The notes under the pieces: model-generated
The model's database searches: none
What the model saw: only the letters and a program-made list of their open reading frames with translations
Told to the model about the DNA's origin: nothing
Made by a program: the position numbers and the translations under genes
In this document: piece by piece, positions 35,235-45,463 of the stretch
How positions within the stretch are numbered: the stretch's first letter is position 1
Layout of the letters: the number at the start of each line of letters is the position of its first letter
IMG/VR virus record: IMGVR_UViG_3300010354_000044
Span: 107,985-171,984 of that record
Length of the DNA stretch: 64,000 nt
From: a virus
Strand: one strand, 5' to 3'

Positions 35235-37286
35235 TTAACCGTTATACCTGTAAAGCGGAGTTTGTCCCGACACATTTTGTACAGCCCTAATTTGGGGAAT
35301 TGTACGCTCCGACCACACAGCGACATTCTCTGTGTAATTCTGGACAACCTGACTTCTTCTAACTGACATAGTGCCCCCAAACAAATAGCCCTTTTTGCTG
35401 CTGGCGGCTCCACTCATACTGGCGCGTCTTGAGTTAAAGCTGTTTAGATTTAAGGCTAGATTACTCAAGCTTTGGTTAACTGAATTAAACCTTACAGCTG
35501 AATTCCCCCCGATGATAGGAGTTGTTGTAGAAGAGCCTGCAAATATATAGGCAGAGGTTTCGTCAGCAAATGAAGCGGCGCCAAATACGTTAGCGCCTAA
35601 GTCTAAAGAGCCAACCGCGTTAACACTGGTTGAATTCAAAGCAATAGAGCGGACACTATTTACGATGGTGGTATTATTAACCCCACCAAATATGTAACCT
35701 ATGGATATACTAGATGCCCCAGAGTAGAAAGCTTCTGACGTACTAGAATAGGTCGTGGATGCCAAGCTAATAGCTAAAGCATTAGCGGCTTCTGTCACAT
35801 ATAACAGCTCCACCCCAGCATTACTACTTAGATGAGTCCCATTCGTTTGGACACCTCCAACGAAATAACCTTTTGTGTTATCTCCAAAGGCTGCGCCCCC
35901 AGATGGGTTTAATGCAGTTAAAGCTGCTAGGTTTAATTGAACTGAAGATTGTTTTACAAAATTGAATTTTTCTACAGTCCAGGTCCCTGACGTAGTATTG
36001 ATGGGTGTTATAGAGCCAAGGCCGGTTATATACATGGCCGCTGACGAGGCTACTGAAGTAGCATCAGCTTTCGTTTGCACCAAGCCTGTATAAACTTCAG
36101 CAGCAATTGCATCAGCACCTGGAATAGCTGAGATAACCTTCAACGTCTCAGTCTGGATATCAAGACGCTGGATAGTCTTACTGTAGCCAGTTATCCCATG
36201 TCCGCCCGCAATATAAATAGCCCCAGGCAGCGCTGTCACCTGTTGAGGCTGCCCAATAGTGCTTGTGTAAACCGCCGGCATCTTGTAGTTAAAGACTTCA
36301 CAAGATGCATTCTGTAGTTCAGCAATAGACCGTGCGTAATCTAAATTTACCCGGCGCTGTTGGTCAGCTAGAAAATTAGTATAAGCACGTCCAGCCGCTT
36401 CAATTCTGTTCCTTAAATCAGGGACCCACTCAAGGTCTCCCCCACTAGGAGCAACTTGAATCATTGCTAGTGGGCTGGGTCTATTAGTTGTTAGAATATC
36501 ATTTAAACTAATAGACCCAGGCCCACTCCCGCCACTAGACTGATTGACCCACTCCAAGGACATAGCCGAGGAGGGTCCTTTAATAGCTAAGACGCGCCCT
36601 ACAGCAGCACCGGAAGCGTTAATAGACCCTAAAGTAACAAGTTGATTAGACGCAACTAAACTTAGGATGTTATTGGATACGGTGAAGTCCGAGCTTAAGG
36701 CAATAGCCGCTGTTCCAGACTGCTGGCCTAAGGCAATCGTTCCCGGTGAGTTCTGTATCGTAGCCGGGGCCACAACGGTCGCTGGCGTTGGTAGGCTAAT
36801 TTGGGAAGCAGTAACGGCTGCATTACTTATTTTGCCCCAAGGAACAGCACTAATTGACAGCTGCTCGCCTGATAGCTGAAATTCCGTACTTAGAGTATAA
36901 GCACGTCCGGCGCCTCCGAATCCCACAGGTAACTGGCGATCAGAGAGTAGAAGATTCTCTGCTCGTAATGTTCCTGTTAGTCGAGAAGCATCTAGGCTCT
37001 GGAGCTTTAAAGCTCCTCCCACAACATCAAATTCAGGCCCTAAAGGGACATAAGTGTTGCCAACAACAACCTGCCGAGGAAGACCTGCAAAACTTAGTTT
37101 ACGTGAGCTAGGACTCCAACTTAACCCAGGCCCTGCAATATCGTCATTTTCACTTAGAGTTAGCTGGACATTTAGATTAACTTTTTCGGCAAAATTCCGT
37201 AAGGTATCTCCCTGTCCGTCTCCGGGAGTTATCCCCGTGTTAATTTGCTTCAGACCGTTAGGAAGGTCAGGTAAATTTATAGCCAT
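35235..37286 (-). CDS. tail fibre / receptor-binding protein with C-terminal Kelch-like beta-propeller
   Basis: N-terminal INTG..PGDGQGDTLR..EKVN (T4 gp9/gp10-type anchor); shaft repeats; IYIAGG, GYFVGG, GYIFGG, AYIFAG, GYLFGG blades. Confidence 0.75.
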   Translation of the reverse strand: MAINLPDLPNGLKQINTGITPGDGQGDTLRNFAEKVNLNVQLTLSENDDIAGPGLSWSPSSRKLSFAGLPRQVVVGNTYVPLGPEFDVVGGALKLQSLDASRLTGTLRAENLLLSDRQLPVGFGGAGRAYTLSTEFQLSGEQLSISAVPWGKISNAAVTASQISLPTPATVVAPATIQNSPGTIALGQQSGTAAIALSSDFTVSNNILSLVASNQLVTLGSINASGAAVGRVLAIKGPSSAMSLEWVNQSSGGSGPGSISLNDILTTNRPSPLAMIQVAPSGGDLEWVPDLRNRIEAAGRAYTNFLADQQRRVNLDYARSIAELQNASCEVFNYKMPAVYTSTIGQPQQVTALPGAIYIAGGHGITGYSKTIQRLDIQTETLKVISAIPGADAIAAEVYTGLVQTKADATSVASSAAMYITGLGSITPINTTSGTWTVEKFNFVKQSSVQLNLAALTALNPSGGAAFGDNTKGYFVGGVQTNGTHLSSNAGVELLYVTEAANALAISLASTTYSSTSEAFYSGASSISIGYIFGGVNNTTIVNSVRSIALNSTSVNAVGSLDLGANVFGAASFADETSAYIFAGSSTTTPIIGGNSAVRFNSVNQSLSNLALNLNSFNSRRASMSGAASSKKGYLFGGTMSVRRSQVVQNYTENVAVWSERTIPQIRAVQNVSGQTPLYRYNG

Positions 37287-37417
37287 GCGCTGCTGCTATG
37301 TATCCTCGTGGAGATAAGAGGTTGTGTTGTTACAATAAGGCCTACAGGCCTTCTTGGAGTAGTCAACATTTAGTCTCCCTTCCTCCCCGCCCCCTCCTCC
37401 CCCAACCGCGGCAGGCT

Positions 37418-37858
37418 CTAACTCGGCCATTGCGACAGGTTAATTACACCTTCAGTAATGTCTTGCGGGCTGTGAATGTGGTACTGTCCCTGGCGCCTAT
37501 TGTTCTCTTCGTCTAAGTCAGTAGCTATAGACAAGCATCTATTCTTTAATGTTTGTAACTCACCGTACATAATTTCAACAGACACTAAAGACGCTTCCGT
37601 AGAATTAAGGCTATTAGTTAAACTCAGTAGCGTAAAGTCTGGGGTAGACAGACTTGTGACCAATCTGGCTATCTCGGAGATAGCAATCCCAAGCGTCCCC
37701 TCTAAGGGGCTTCCTGGCTGCAAAACATCTTCCCTGCTAAAATACAAAGGTTTAATCCATAGTCTTAGCCCACCCCGGACCTGGCCCGCCGCAGGTAAAT
37801 CCGTAAACCAATGGGCCATAGACTGTACCAAGTTTGTAGCCGATGTAAGTAGACTCAT
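37418..37858 (-). CDS. putative tail fibre-associated protein
   Basis: Coiled coil then HIH..DI..G motif. Confidence 0.55.
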   Translation of the reverse strand: MSLLTSATNLVQSMAHWFTDLPAAGQVRGGLRLWIKPLYFSREDVLQPGSPLEGTLGIAISEIARLVTSLSTPDFTLLSLTNSLNSTEASLVSVEIMYGELQTLKNRCLSIATDLDEENNRRQGQYHIHSPQDITEGVINLSQWPS

Positions 37859-37864
37859 TATTAA

Positions 37865-38812
37865 TTACTGCCAACTCAATTCGTTATTTTCATTTACTAC
37901 AATAGTCTTACCCGGAGCCCAGGTACCGGAGGCTAGTTGAGCCGGTTTAAACTGCCCAGCTACAACATCAATAGCGTTGTGCTGATGATTGGCATAAATA
38001 GCTACTAACTGGGTGTATTTTGCTAGTAGCTCTGTATACTCCCTAGTTAAATTTACAAGTTGAGGGCTTATAATCCCTATGCGAGCATTCAGCTGACTTA
38101 TCTTGTCGTTCAACCCTTCCATAGACTGAGATGGCGGTGTATTCCAACGGGCACCACCAATGACCTTACGAATCTGGGTCACGATATCATTTAAGGCCTG
38201 TGATATAGTCAGTTCACCGACAGGCCTTCCAATAACTTCCGCCTCGTCATTCAATACAATACTACGCGTACTTTTAAATAAACCCGCTTCGTCAGCATAA
38301 ACCGTTGTATTAATATCTAGATTAAACTGATTTCCGTCCCAGGATAAACCAGGCCCTGCAAGGTTTTGAGTCCTACTCAGAGCAATAGATACATTGTGAT
38401 TCATAATACTAACCAAGTCCTCTACAGACATGTCAGCAAGTTCATCTAAGGGAATAATTCTTAGTTCTTTTTCACCTTGTAACTCTGCTACTTGGATAAT
38501 ACCCCAGAGGGTAGGGTCAGAAGCTGATTGGTAATATAACTGAGGTGGAGTGTTGTCCTGAACCTCCCACTCAATAACTCCAGAGGATATACCATTAGGG
38601 CCTGGGCTAATACTATAAGAAAATCCGTATGCATTATCTAGAGTAGTTTTAATAGCAAAAGGTTCATTAGGGGTATTAACCTCAAATCTAATATGGTCGC
38701 CCCGAATGATTGTAACCGGTGGATTATTAATCACTCCATTTATGGAATAAAAATCCTTCCCAGCCAACGAACCTAACGTGACCTTGTAAGTACCTACGGA
38801 TGGTGATAACAT
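37865..38812 (-). CDS. putative virion fibre protein (cupredoxin-like N-domain, coiled coil, HxH)
   Basis: NPPVTIIRG...PFAI...PPQLYYQ...GII; LAGPGLSW shared with the 683-aa fibre. Confidence 0.65.
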   Translation of the reverse strand: MLSPSVGTYKVTLGSLAGKDFYSINGVINNPPVTIIRGDHIRFEVNTPNEPFAIKTTLDNAYGFSYSISPGPNGISSGVIEWEVQDNTPPQLYYQSASDPTLWGIIQVAELQGEKELRIIPLDELADMSVEDLVSIMNHNVSIALSRTQNLAGPGLSWDGNQFNLDINTTVYADEAGLFKSTRSIVLNDEAEVIGRPVGELTISQALNDIVTQIRKVIGGARWNTPPSQSMEGLNDKISQLNARIGIISPQLVNLTREYTELLAKYTQLVAIYANHQHNAIDVVAGQFKPAQLASGTWAPGKTIVVNENNELSWQ

Positions 38813-38859
38813 TAACCTAAAGCTATACAGTGTAGCTTTTTATAGTACAGTATGTAAAA

Positions 38860-39156
38860 ATGACTAATTTATCTAACATGCTTCCTAACACAACTGTTTT
38901 TACTGTAGGTACTATGGTTTTCAACACCCTAGACTATACACCAGTAGAAGTCCTAAGCAGTAATCCACTGACGACAGAAATTAAATATGGGTCAGGCTAT
39001 GTATCTACAGTACCGACTTCAGCCCTCCTAGACGAAGAGGAGTTCAACAAGCAAAAGGAAGCTTTAGTTAGACTACTAGAAAAGCGTTTGAATAATATCC
39101 GGAACCTTAATGCTACCTACACGCATCTACGCCTCCAGAAATCGGACAGTGTTTAG
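38860..39156 (+). CDS. hypothetical protein
   Basis: 98-aa ORF divergent from the tail operon. Confidence 0.6.
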   Translation: MTNLSNMLPNTTVFTVGTMVFNTLDYTPVEVLSSNPLTTEIKYGSGYVSTVPTSALLDEEEFNKQKEALVRLLEKRLNNIRNLNATYTHLRLQKSDSV

Positions 39157-40251
39157 ACCACCCTGGTCAACCAGAAATAAGGTCTGCTTGGGAGGCTCGG
39201 GCTTGAACCCAAAGCTCAAGCTGTAAGGATTAGGACCGCAGGTGCAGCCGTTAATAATATAATCCGAGGATGCAAAACTCTGATGCCAGTGGCCCATTAC
39301 GGTAAGGTCGGCTCTAAGGTTTTGTATCTGATTAATTCTGTGAAGGTACTTCGGAATGGAAGTATGGGGGTTTCCGCCCGTAATATCATCCCCGTGCATT
39401 AGACGAATACGGTGATTATAGGCGGTAATAAATTGCATACGCTCGGTTTTAATATGGAACGTACAATCTAATTTAAGCAGGCTAGCCTGCTGCTCCAGGT
39501 TATAAAACATAAATTGCTCATAGGAGTACCCTTGGTTTTGGTTCTCCCTTTTTTTCAACGTCGCTCTGCCGTGGTTACCTGGTACACAGACAACATCCAG
39601 CTTATAACCCTTAAAGAATTGAATAATACTCAATAAAACTTGGCCTACCTGAGCCGTCTCTTCTAAAACTGTAAGGGCATTACCGTGGACTTGGGTGTAA
39701 GGCTCATGAATATCCCCGTGGATATGGTCGCCTAAAAAACATAGCACGAGGCGTTTAATAGTTTGTATGGTACTAAGTTTCTTTAGTTCCTCAGCTGCTC
39801 TTTGAGCTACTGTAATCATTCGTGTCCGGGCGATGTCTGGTGTGTGTTCATTTAGATTGTAAGTATTAGACCGCTCAATCACTTCTGCAAAATGGTTGTC
39901 ACTAAACACCAGGAAGGCTGTTGCTTCGTTTTGAGTTGTAGTCGCTTTAATAATTAAAGGAGGCCGCTTATCGTCTAGGATTTGTTGGGCGTGTCGCCGC
40001 CGATTTTCTTCACTTACTAGCTTATTAATAACCTGCTGCTGTTTAGTATTGATATTCCGAACTCGGTCGTAGGCTAAGTACCCATCTAGTTCATCAGGGT
40101 TGTCAGGTAAATACCAATGTCCATCTTCTGACAGCAGCGCCCCCAGTTCAGTAAGCGTTGTTAGAATACTATTACGGTCTAACCCTGTACCGCTAACCAA
40201 ATCATTGAATTTGCAAGTACCGTTTAGCAGACTCTTTAGTTCATCAGTCAT
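39127..40251 (-). CDS. calcineurin-like metallophosphoesterase
   Basis: SDNH, GDHIHG, GNHG, HGD, GHWH. Confidence 0.88.
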   Translation of the reverse strand: MTDELKSLLNGTCKFNDLVSGTGLDRNSILTTLTELGALLSEDGHWYLPDNPDELDGYLAYDRVRNINTKQQQVINKLVSEENRRRHAQQILDDKRPPLIIKATTTQNEATAFLVFSDNHFAEVIERSNTYNLNEHTPDIARTRMITVAQRAAEELKKLSTIQTIKRLVLCFLGDHIHGDIHEPYTQVHGNALTVLEETAQVGQVLLSIIQFFKGYKLDVVCVPGNHGRATLKKRENQNQGYSYEQFMFYNLEQQASLLKLDCTFHIKTERMQFITAYNHRIRLMHGDDITGGNPHTSIPKYLHRINQIQNLRADLTVMGHWHQSFASSDYIINGCTCGPNPYSLSFGFKPEPPKQTLFLVDQGGLNTVRFLEA

Positions 40252-40314
40252 AGTTTAGTTCAAGGCAACGTTAAACACTGCCATTCATTGTACCCAATTT
40301 CTCTTTTATTTAGT

Positions 40315-42189
40315 ATGGAAATTACAGCTAAAGTTAATCTGACCAATATTCTAGATAAAATAAGCCGTTACTTTAATAGTGACCCGTCTACTATCTTGGA
40401 TGAACTCCTGCAAAACTCTCGCCGAGCAGGAGCCACAGAAATACATATCAGAACTAATAGCAACAGCACAACAATCACGGATAACGGCTGTGGTATTGAA
40501 CACCCCCAGGTTCTTGTGGACCTATTTAATAGTGACTGGGAAGACTTACCCGAGTCTGAAGACCCTGCCGGCGCCGGGTTATTTTCTTTGGCTAGCCACG
40601 GATGTATTGTGCGCAGCAAGTACTGGAGCGTAGAACTAACTAAGGACGTGTTCGCCGGCAAGGCTGCTGCCGAAGTTAAGCACGAGGAGGAGTATATTGC
40701 TGGCACGTCTATTACCGTTCCTATCCGTATTCTCCGGCCTTTACATATCCAAAGGCTTAGATACTTTCCGGCAGCAATATTCGTCTATGATGGAGATAGC
40801 CCAGATTACACCACTACAGGTGGGTGTGATTATATAGAGGAGCGGTCGGATTACTCCATTAGATTGAATAGACGACTCGGAACCCCTAAGGTTATTGAAT
40901 ACCAAGGCTTAAAGATTGGCTTTGTAGTCAAAGATTTTAAAGAAACTATCTCAAATTCCCTCTATATTAACTTCTATGGTATTCAAGTAAATGAAGTAGA
41001 CGGAAGCTTACCATTCGACGTTTACATAGACGTTATTGCAGATACACCGCTGCGGTTTGTGCTTCCGGACCGCAAGCAAGTCTACAAAAATGACTTCTAC
41101 TATGAGCTGGTTAAGTATATCAAGACCATTATTTATCAGACAATAATGGAGCAAGAGAGCCATACCCTGCCTTATAGATTCTACAAAGAGGCTAAGGAGC
41201 TACTACCGGAATTCCCAGAAAGTACACCTATCTTTATAGACGTATTAACAAAGCAAGAGGTTACTGTAGGGCGAAATGCAAACTTGGAAGGACTTTATAA
41301 ATTCCAGCAGCTGAGGTACATGGATTGTTTCTTATACCTTCGCGATCCTTTAGCTGACGCATGTACTGACAATAATATACTATTAGTCTACGCACCTGAC
41401 GCTCATGTAGGCTACTCGTGGGCCAATATTGAAGAGGTAACGCTTTCTGTTGTAATCGCAAGTCAACAGCCTTTACCTTTGGAGGTGGAGCACGTTGATG
41501 ATAATAGCTCTACTTATAGAACTGTAGACAGCGGGGAACTTAAATCCTTTGAGCAATTTGCAGACTCTATTAAAATGTCGTTAACCAGCACCTCAGGCAA
41601 GGTTTACACAGCGGAGCTTAATTACCTGATGGTTAAGTTAGAGGATGCTGAGTTTGAAGTAGACACTTTAGGCGATGGCCAAGAAACGAAGGGTCCGGAT
41701 GAAAAGAGTCTTGTGCTTAATACTATCAGTGCGGATTATAAAACACTTACAATTACCGACTTAGATGTCTTTTCGCCGATCACATACTCCTGGTTTGATC
41801 CAGCGTGCTTACTAGATTCTGCTTCTATCCTTTACTTAAAGAATAAGCCTGAGCTGATTAATGATATTGTTGACTACTTAGCTGATTCTGTTTTTCAGTC
41901 CGGAGATTTTTCAGAGTATGAAACACAGGAGTGCGAACGAAATTTCCGGAGAGATGCGACAGACTTTGTGATTAGCCTACTACATGATGAGGATTCTGCT
42001 ATCAAGGAATATTTTACAGATGTCCTTAATGAACATCGTTACCGGGTTCCAAATGGTACGTCGGTTACCATCACACTGACGAATAACCAACGTACCGATG
42101 GGGAATGCCTCCCAATTACGACTACAGTAGAGGTTACTTGTAATCAAGAAGGCCCTGACAATCAAGAAGGCCCTGACAGTCAAGAATAA
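40315..42189 (+). CDS. GHKL (Hsp90/MutL-type) ATPase domain protein
   Basis: ELLQNSRRAGA, DNGCG, DPAGAGLFSL, GT; acidic C-terminal region ending in NQEGPD repeats. Confidence 0.8.
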   Translation: MEITAKVNLTNILDKISRYFNSDPSTILDELLQNSRRAGATEIHIRTNSNSTTITDNGCGIEHPQVLVDLFNSDWEDLPESEDPAGAGLFSLASHGCIVRSKYWSVELTKDVFAGKAAAEVKHEEEYIAGTSITVPIRILRPLHIQRLRYFPAAIFVYDGDSPDYTTTGGCDYIEERSDYSIRLNRRLGTPKVIEYQGLKIGFVVKDFKETISNSLYINFYGIQVNEVDGSLPFDVYIDVIADTPLRFVLPDRKQVYKNDFYYELVKYIKTIIYQTIMEQESHTLPYRFYKEAKELLPEFPESTPIFIDVLTKQEVTVGRNANLEGLYKFQQLRYMDCFLYLRDPLADACTDNNILLVYAPDAHVGYSWANIEEVTLSVVIASQQPLPLEVEHVDDNSSTYRTVDSGELKSFEQFADSIKMSLTSTSGKVYTAELNYLMVKLEDAEFEVDTLGDGQETKGPDEKSLVLNTISADYKTLTITDLDVFSPITYSWFDPACLLDSASILYLKNKPELINDIVDYLADSVFQSGDFSEYETQECERNFRRDATDFVISLLHDEDSAIKEYFTDVLNEHRYRVPNGTSVTITLTNNQRTDGECLPITTTVEVTCNQEGPDNQEGPDSQE

Positions 42190-42845
42190 ACATAACCCTG
42201 CTGCCGATAAGGCTGACTAACAGAAACCCGCTCTAGAATTTTCTCTATGAGCGGGTTTCTAGCAATATCAGACAGGCCCATCTCGCAGATGGCTACCTCG
42301 TCTAACCCGGTTAGGGTACTTATAGCCCAGCTAATCCCATTGCGCCCTGGAATATCAACCTGGTTAGGGTCTCCATTTAGGATCATTCTGGCGCCAGGGC
42401 CTATCCGAGTGATAAGGGTGAGGACCATATTGGCATCTAAGTTCTGGACTTCTTCACAAATAACCACACAATTGGAAAAGCTTCTGCCCCGGCAATGGCT
42501 GATTGGTATGATTTCAATGACGTTATTGGATAACATATAGTTAATCTCACCGAGTTCGCAGAAGTGTACAAGGTTGTCTATGATAGGTCCAGCCATAAAC
42601 CCCAACTTCTCCTCCAACCCACCAGGGAGCGCCCCTATCCGTTCCCCACAAGACTCGGCAGCAAGCCGCACTATTTTTATAGAGGAGGTTTCATCATCTG
42701 TGTCTTTTAATAGCTGATAAGCGGCCCATGCACTAAGGAGGGTTTTCCCTGACCCGGCTGGACCGCTTATTACCGTGATTGTGTTTTGATGGATTGCTTT
42801 GACTACGTGGCGTTGAGTAGCGGACTGAAGTCTAAACTTCTTCAT
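42180..42845 (-). CDS. phoH: PhoH-like ATPase
   Basis: GPAGSGKT, GALPG, RGRSF, EEVQN, TRIG, GDPNQ.D. Confidence 0.93.
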   Translation of the reverse strand: MKKFRLQSATQRHVVKAIHQNTITVISGPAGSGKTLLSAWAAYQLLKDTDDETSSIKIVRLAAESCGERIGALPGGLEEKLGFMAGPIIDNLVHFCELGEINYMLSNNVIEIIPISHCRGRSFSNCVVICEEVQNLDANMVLTLITRIGPGARMILNGDPNQVDIPGRNGISWAISTLTGLDEVAICEMGLSDIARNPLIEKILERVSVSQPYRQQGYVYS

Positions 42846-42907
42846 ACGAACTTAGCGTAACGATATCTAGAGTTTACATATTTATATATCCGATATCTGT
42901 ACAACTT

Positions 42908-43525
42908 ATGCCTATTAATTCGCCTGGAAATCCTGACGAAACGAGTAGTGGCTTCTCGCTACTCAGTTATACGACTGTAAGAGATTGGTGTATTGACTAT
43001 TCTGAAAAATACAACTATGTCCTACCGCGGTACTCTGAAGATTACCAATTGCTACAGCATTGTATTGATGTTTATATCCTTTGCGAGAGCGAGCTTGGGT
43101 TTCGCTCCAGATTGCCTATTAGAAATGGAGAGGTTATTCTTAGCTGCTTAAGAGCTGACCTCTTTAGATTGACTGCATCTGCTGCTATGGCTTGCTGGTT
43201 AACGACAGACACTTTTCGGTGGCATGATCGTCTACCAATTATGATAGATACTAAGACGCCGCCCGACGATATAAGTGCACTTAGTATTAATGTTAACGCT
43301 GTAGGCACTGACTTCTCCTACGGCATTCTAGCTGATTTGACACTGGACAGTGCCCTCAGGACTCCTGTACGGTATGCTGCTAATGTACTTAGCCAAGATG
43401 AAACTCGGGCAGAGTACCTAGCCCTACCTGAGTGTAAGTCTTATATTGTAGATATTATTGATAAAATTAAGCCCCACAACATAAACAAAACTCTTATTGC
43501 CAGATATCTCAATACTGGCCTTTAA
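42908..43525 (+). CDS. hypothetical protein
   Basis: 205-aa ORF. Confidence 0.7.
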   Translation: MPINSPGNPDETSSGFSLLSYTTVRDWCIDYSEKYNYVLPRYSEDYQLLQHCIDVYILCESELGFRSRLPIRNGEVILSCLRADLFRLTASAAMACWLTTDTFRWHDRLPIMIDTKTPPDDISALSINVNAVGTDFSYGILADLTLDSALRTPVRYAANVLSQDETRAEYLALPECKSYIVDIIDKIKPHNINKTLIARYLNTGL

Positions 43526-43526
43526 G

Positions 43527-44024
43527 ATGAAGTGCGATAGAAACTATATTAATTACTACACTAACTGCTCTAATAGACTAAAGCTATGTAAATACTGCAT
43601 AGTCAATGGCGGCAAGTATAATAACTATGAGCCAATTGACGAAACGCTGACACCTCACCCAGGGGTAGAGGCTTATAATAAAAATAAAGAACGGGGTGCT
43701 CAGGCCAACAAAAAAGGGAAACAAGCTGAAAAGCAAGCTATACAACGTTTAGCTAATAAACTTGTTTCTCCGACTGTGGCCTCGGGCGCCGTAAGGGGCG
43801 ATGGAGATGCTAAGCTTTCAGATCTATGTAACTTAGAACATAAGCTAAGAAACCGCTTAGGAATCACCAAAGCCGAGTATGAAAAAGGGAAGCGGCAGGG
43901 GGTTGGTGTCTGGCAGCTAACAGACCCAGACACCAATACTTCTGTCTATATTCTCTCAGAAGACGTATTTGTAAGACTACTCAAGAGGTACTATGAGTCT
44001 GAAAGCACTGAAGAAGGTCTCTAA
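43527..44024 (+). CDS. PD-(D/E)xK nuclease, Holliday-junction-resolvase-like
   Basis: GKQAEK...ASGA..GDGD...LEHK; N-terminal Cys cluster. Confidence 0.6.
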   Translation: MKCDRNYINYYTNCSNRLKLCKYCIVNGGKYNNYEPIDETLTPHPGVEAYNKNKERGAQANKKGKQAEKQAIQRLANKLVSPTVASGAVRGDGDAKLSDLCNLEHKLRNRLGITKAEYEKGKRQGVGVWQLTDPDTNTSVYILSEDVFVRLLKRYYESESTEEGL

Positions 44025-45120
44025 CTTCGTAAGTCTAGACGAGTTAGCAGACACTCAACATGTTTCTACCGGAATTATCGGTTTAGATTATTTACTAGGA
44101 GGTGGATTACCCTTAGGTCGGGCCCTAGAGATTTACGGAGGCACCAACCTAGGTAAGTCAACACTAGCTATTTGGCTCTGTAATGCGATACTAACCGCTA
44201 ATAAAAAAAACATCTGCCGGTACGTAGACGTAGAAAAACGATTAACTGGGGCAGACTTTAAGCGTATTATTCCAGAGGCTAACCGAAGCCGCATTGAGGT
44301 AAGTCAAGGCAATGATTTGAAGTGCGATGTCATCCAACCTATGACACAATTCGTTTACGAATATAACTCACAGGCTGAGGTTGCAACATCTTCTAAAAAA
44401 AGCTCAAAAGAGACTGAAGCGGACAGTCCCCTAGAGTTTGATGATACTACAACCGTAGCCTTCGTCGTAGACAGCTTGCCTTTCCTAAATACTGAAGACC
44501 TACAAGAACGGATATGGTCCGAGAAAGCCTTTGAAGCTAGGGCCCCGGGCTCGCCGCTATCTAGAGCGCTAGCCAATGCAATAGGCGCTTTTACAACATT
44601 CGCTAGTAGCCATGCCAATGGTACTACTATCTTTATTAACCACGTAAGCCAGAAGATTGACCCGTATGTTATAGACATCCCACGCCCATGTGGACTACGC
44701 TATAGGCAGCTAGTAGCTAATTCCCTCCAATTGACCGGCAATAATAGGGAAGATAAAGAGGTGAAAGGCCTCTCTATTACTGCTCTTAAGGCTACTAAGG
44801 CTAGCAGTGCTCCCGCTAACCGTACTGCTGTAATGGCGATAAGCTATAAGCACGGTATAGAGCCAAGGTATTCGCTTTATCACCTCCTAATGGAGGGTGA
44901 GCTAAAGGATAAAGTACTAGACGTAAATGGCCGAACTTATAACTTTCCGGCGGAACTTGAATTACAACCGTTCGTCGGCAAGAAAACGAACTTTTATGCT
45001 TATCTTTTAAACGAAGATGAAGTGTATAATAAGCTATATTATTATGTGCTGGAGAATTTTTGTAAGTCGTCAGCACATAATAATATTATTGAAGAGGATA
45101 TAGAAGAGTATGACGAGTAA
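43993..45120 (+). CDS. recA: RecA/UvsX-like recombinase
   Basis: STG..GLD.LLGGGLPLGR..EIYG...GKST, VDVE, VVDSL, IFINH. Confidence 0.88.
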   Translation: MSLKALKKVSNFVSLDELADTQHVSTGIIGLDYLLGGGLPLGRALEIYGGTNLGKSTLAIWLCNAILTANKKNICRYVDVEKRLTGADFKRIIPEANRSRIEVSQGNDLKCDVIQPMTQFVYEYNSQAEVATSSKKSSKETEADSPLEFDDTTTVAFVVDSLPFLNTEDLQERIWSEKAFEARAPGSPLSRALANAIGAFTTFASSHANGTTIFINHVSQKIDPYVIDIPRPCGLRYRQLVANSLQLTGNNREDKEVKGLSITALKATKASSAPANRTAVMAISYKHGIEPRYSLYHLLMEGELKDKVLDVNGRTYNFPAELELQPFVGKKTNFYAYLLNEDEVYNKLYYYVLENFCKSSAHNNIIEEDIEEYDE

Positions 45121-45463
45121 GAACACCGAAGAGTCTGCGCAAGTGAGGCTTAAAGGAGGCGACCTTGATTCAATTGTGACAACTACATCCCCGAGCGTTA
45201 ACGTTTCCAATACGGCTACACAGATTGATTCAGAAGCATTGGTCCTAATTCAAAGTTATCGGGCCAAGCTTGCTGAACTAGAGAAAAGCTTTGCGGAGCT
45301 GCAGCAACATATGGTTGAGTTAAAGGAGCAGTACGCAGTAGTTTACGGGGCCCTAGATGGTACCTATAAGCTATGTGCCGCTCTTTATCGTATAGACAAT
45401 CCGCAAGAAGCTATTAATCCGGCTGACGGAACTATTAAACGGGAGGCTACTGTTGGAAGTTAA
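45110..45463 (+). CDS. coiled-coil hypothetical protein
   Basis: 117-aa ORF. Confidence 0.7.
   Translation: MTSKNTEESAQVRLKGGDLDSIVTTTSPSVNVSNTATQIDSEALVLIQSYRAKLAELEKSFAELQQHMVELKEQYAVVYGALDGTYKLCAALYRIDNPQEAINPADGTIKREATVGS

Noticed and set aside
37376-37404. G-rich tract on the minus strand (possible G-quadruplex or frameshift linking fibre genes)
   Set aside because: No frame links 37418..37858 to 35235..37286; sequence alone gives no support for function.
31571-38812. Diversity-generating retroelement or invertase-based fibre switching
   Set aside because: No reverse transcriptase, recombinase or TR/VR repeat pair is visible in the window.
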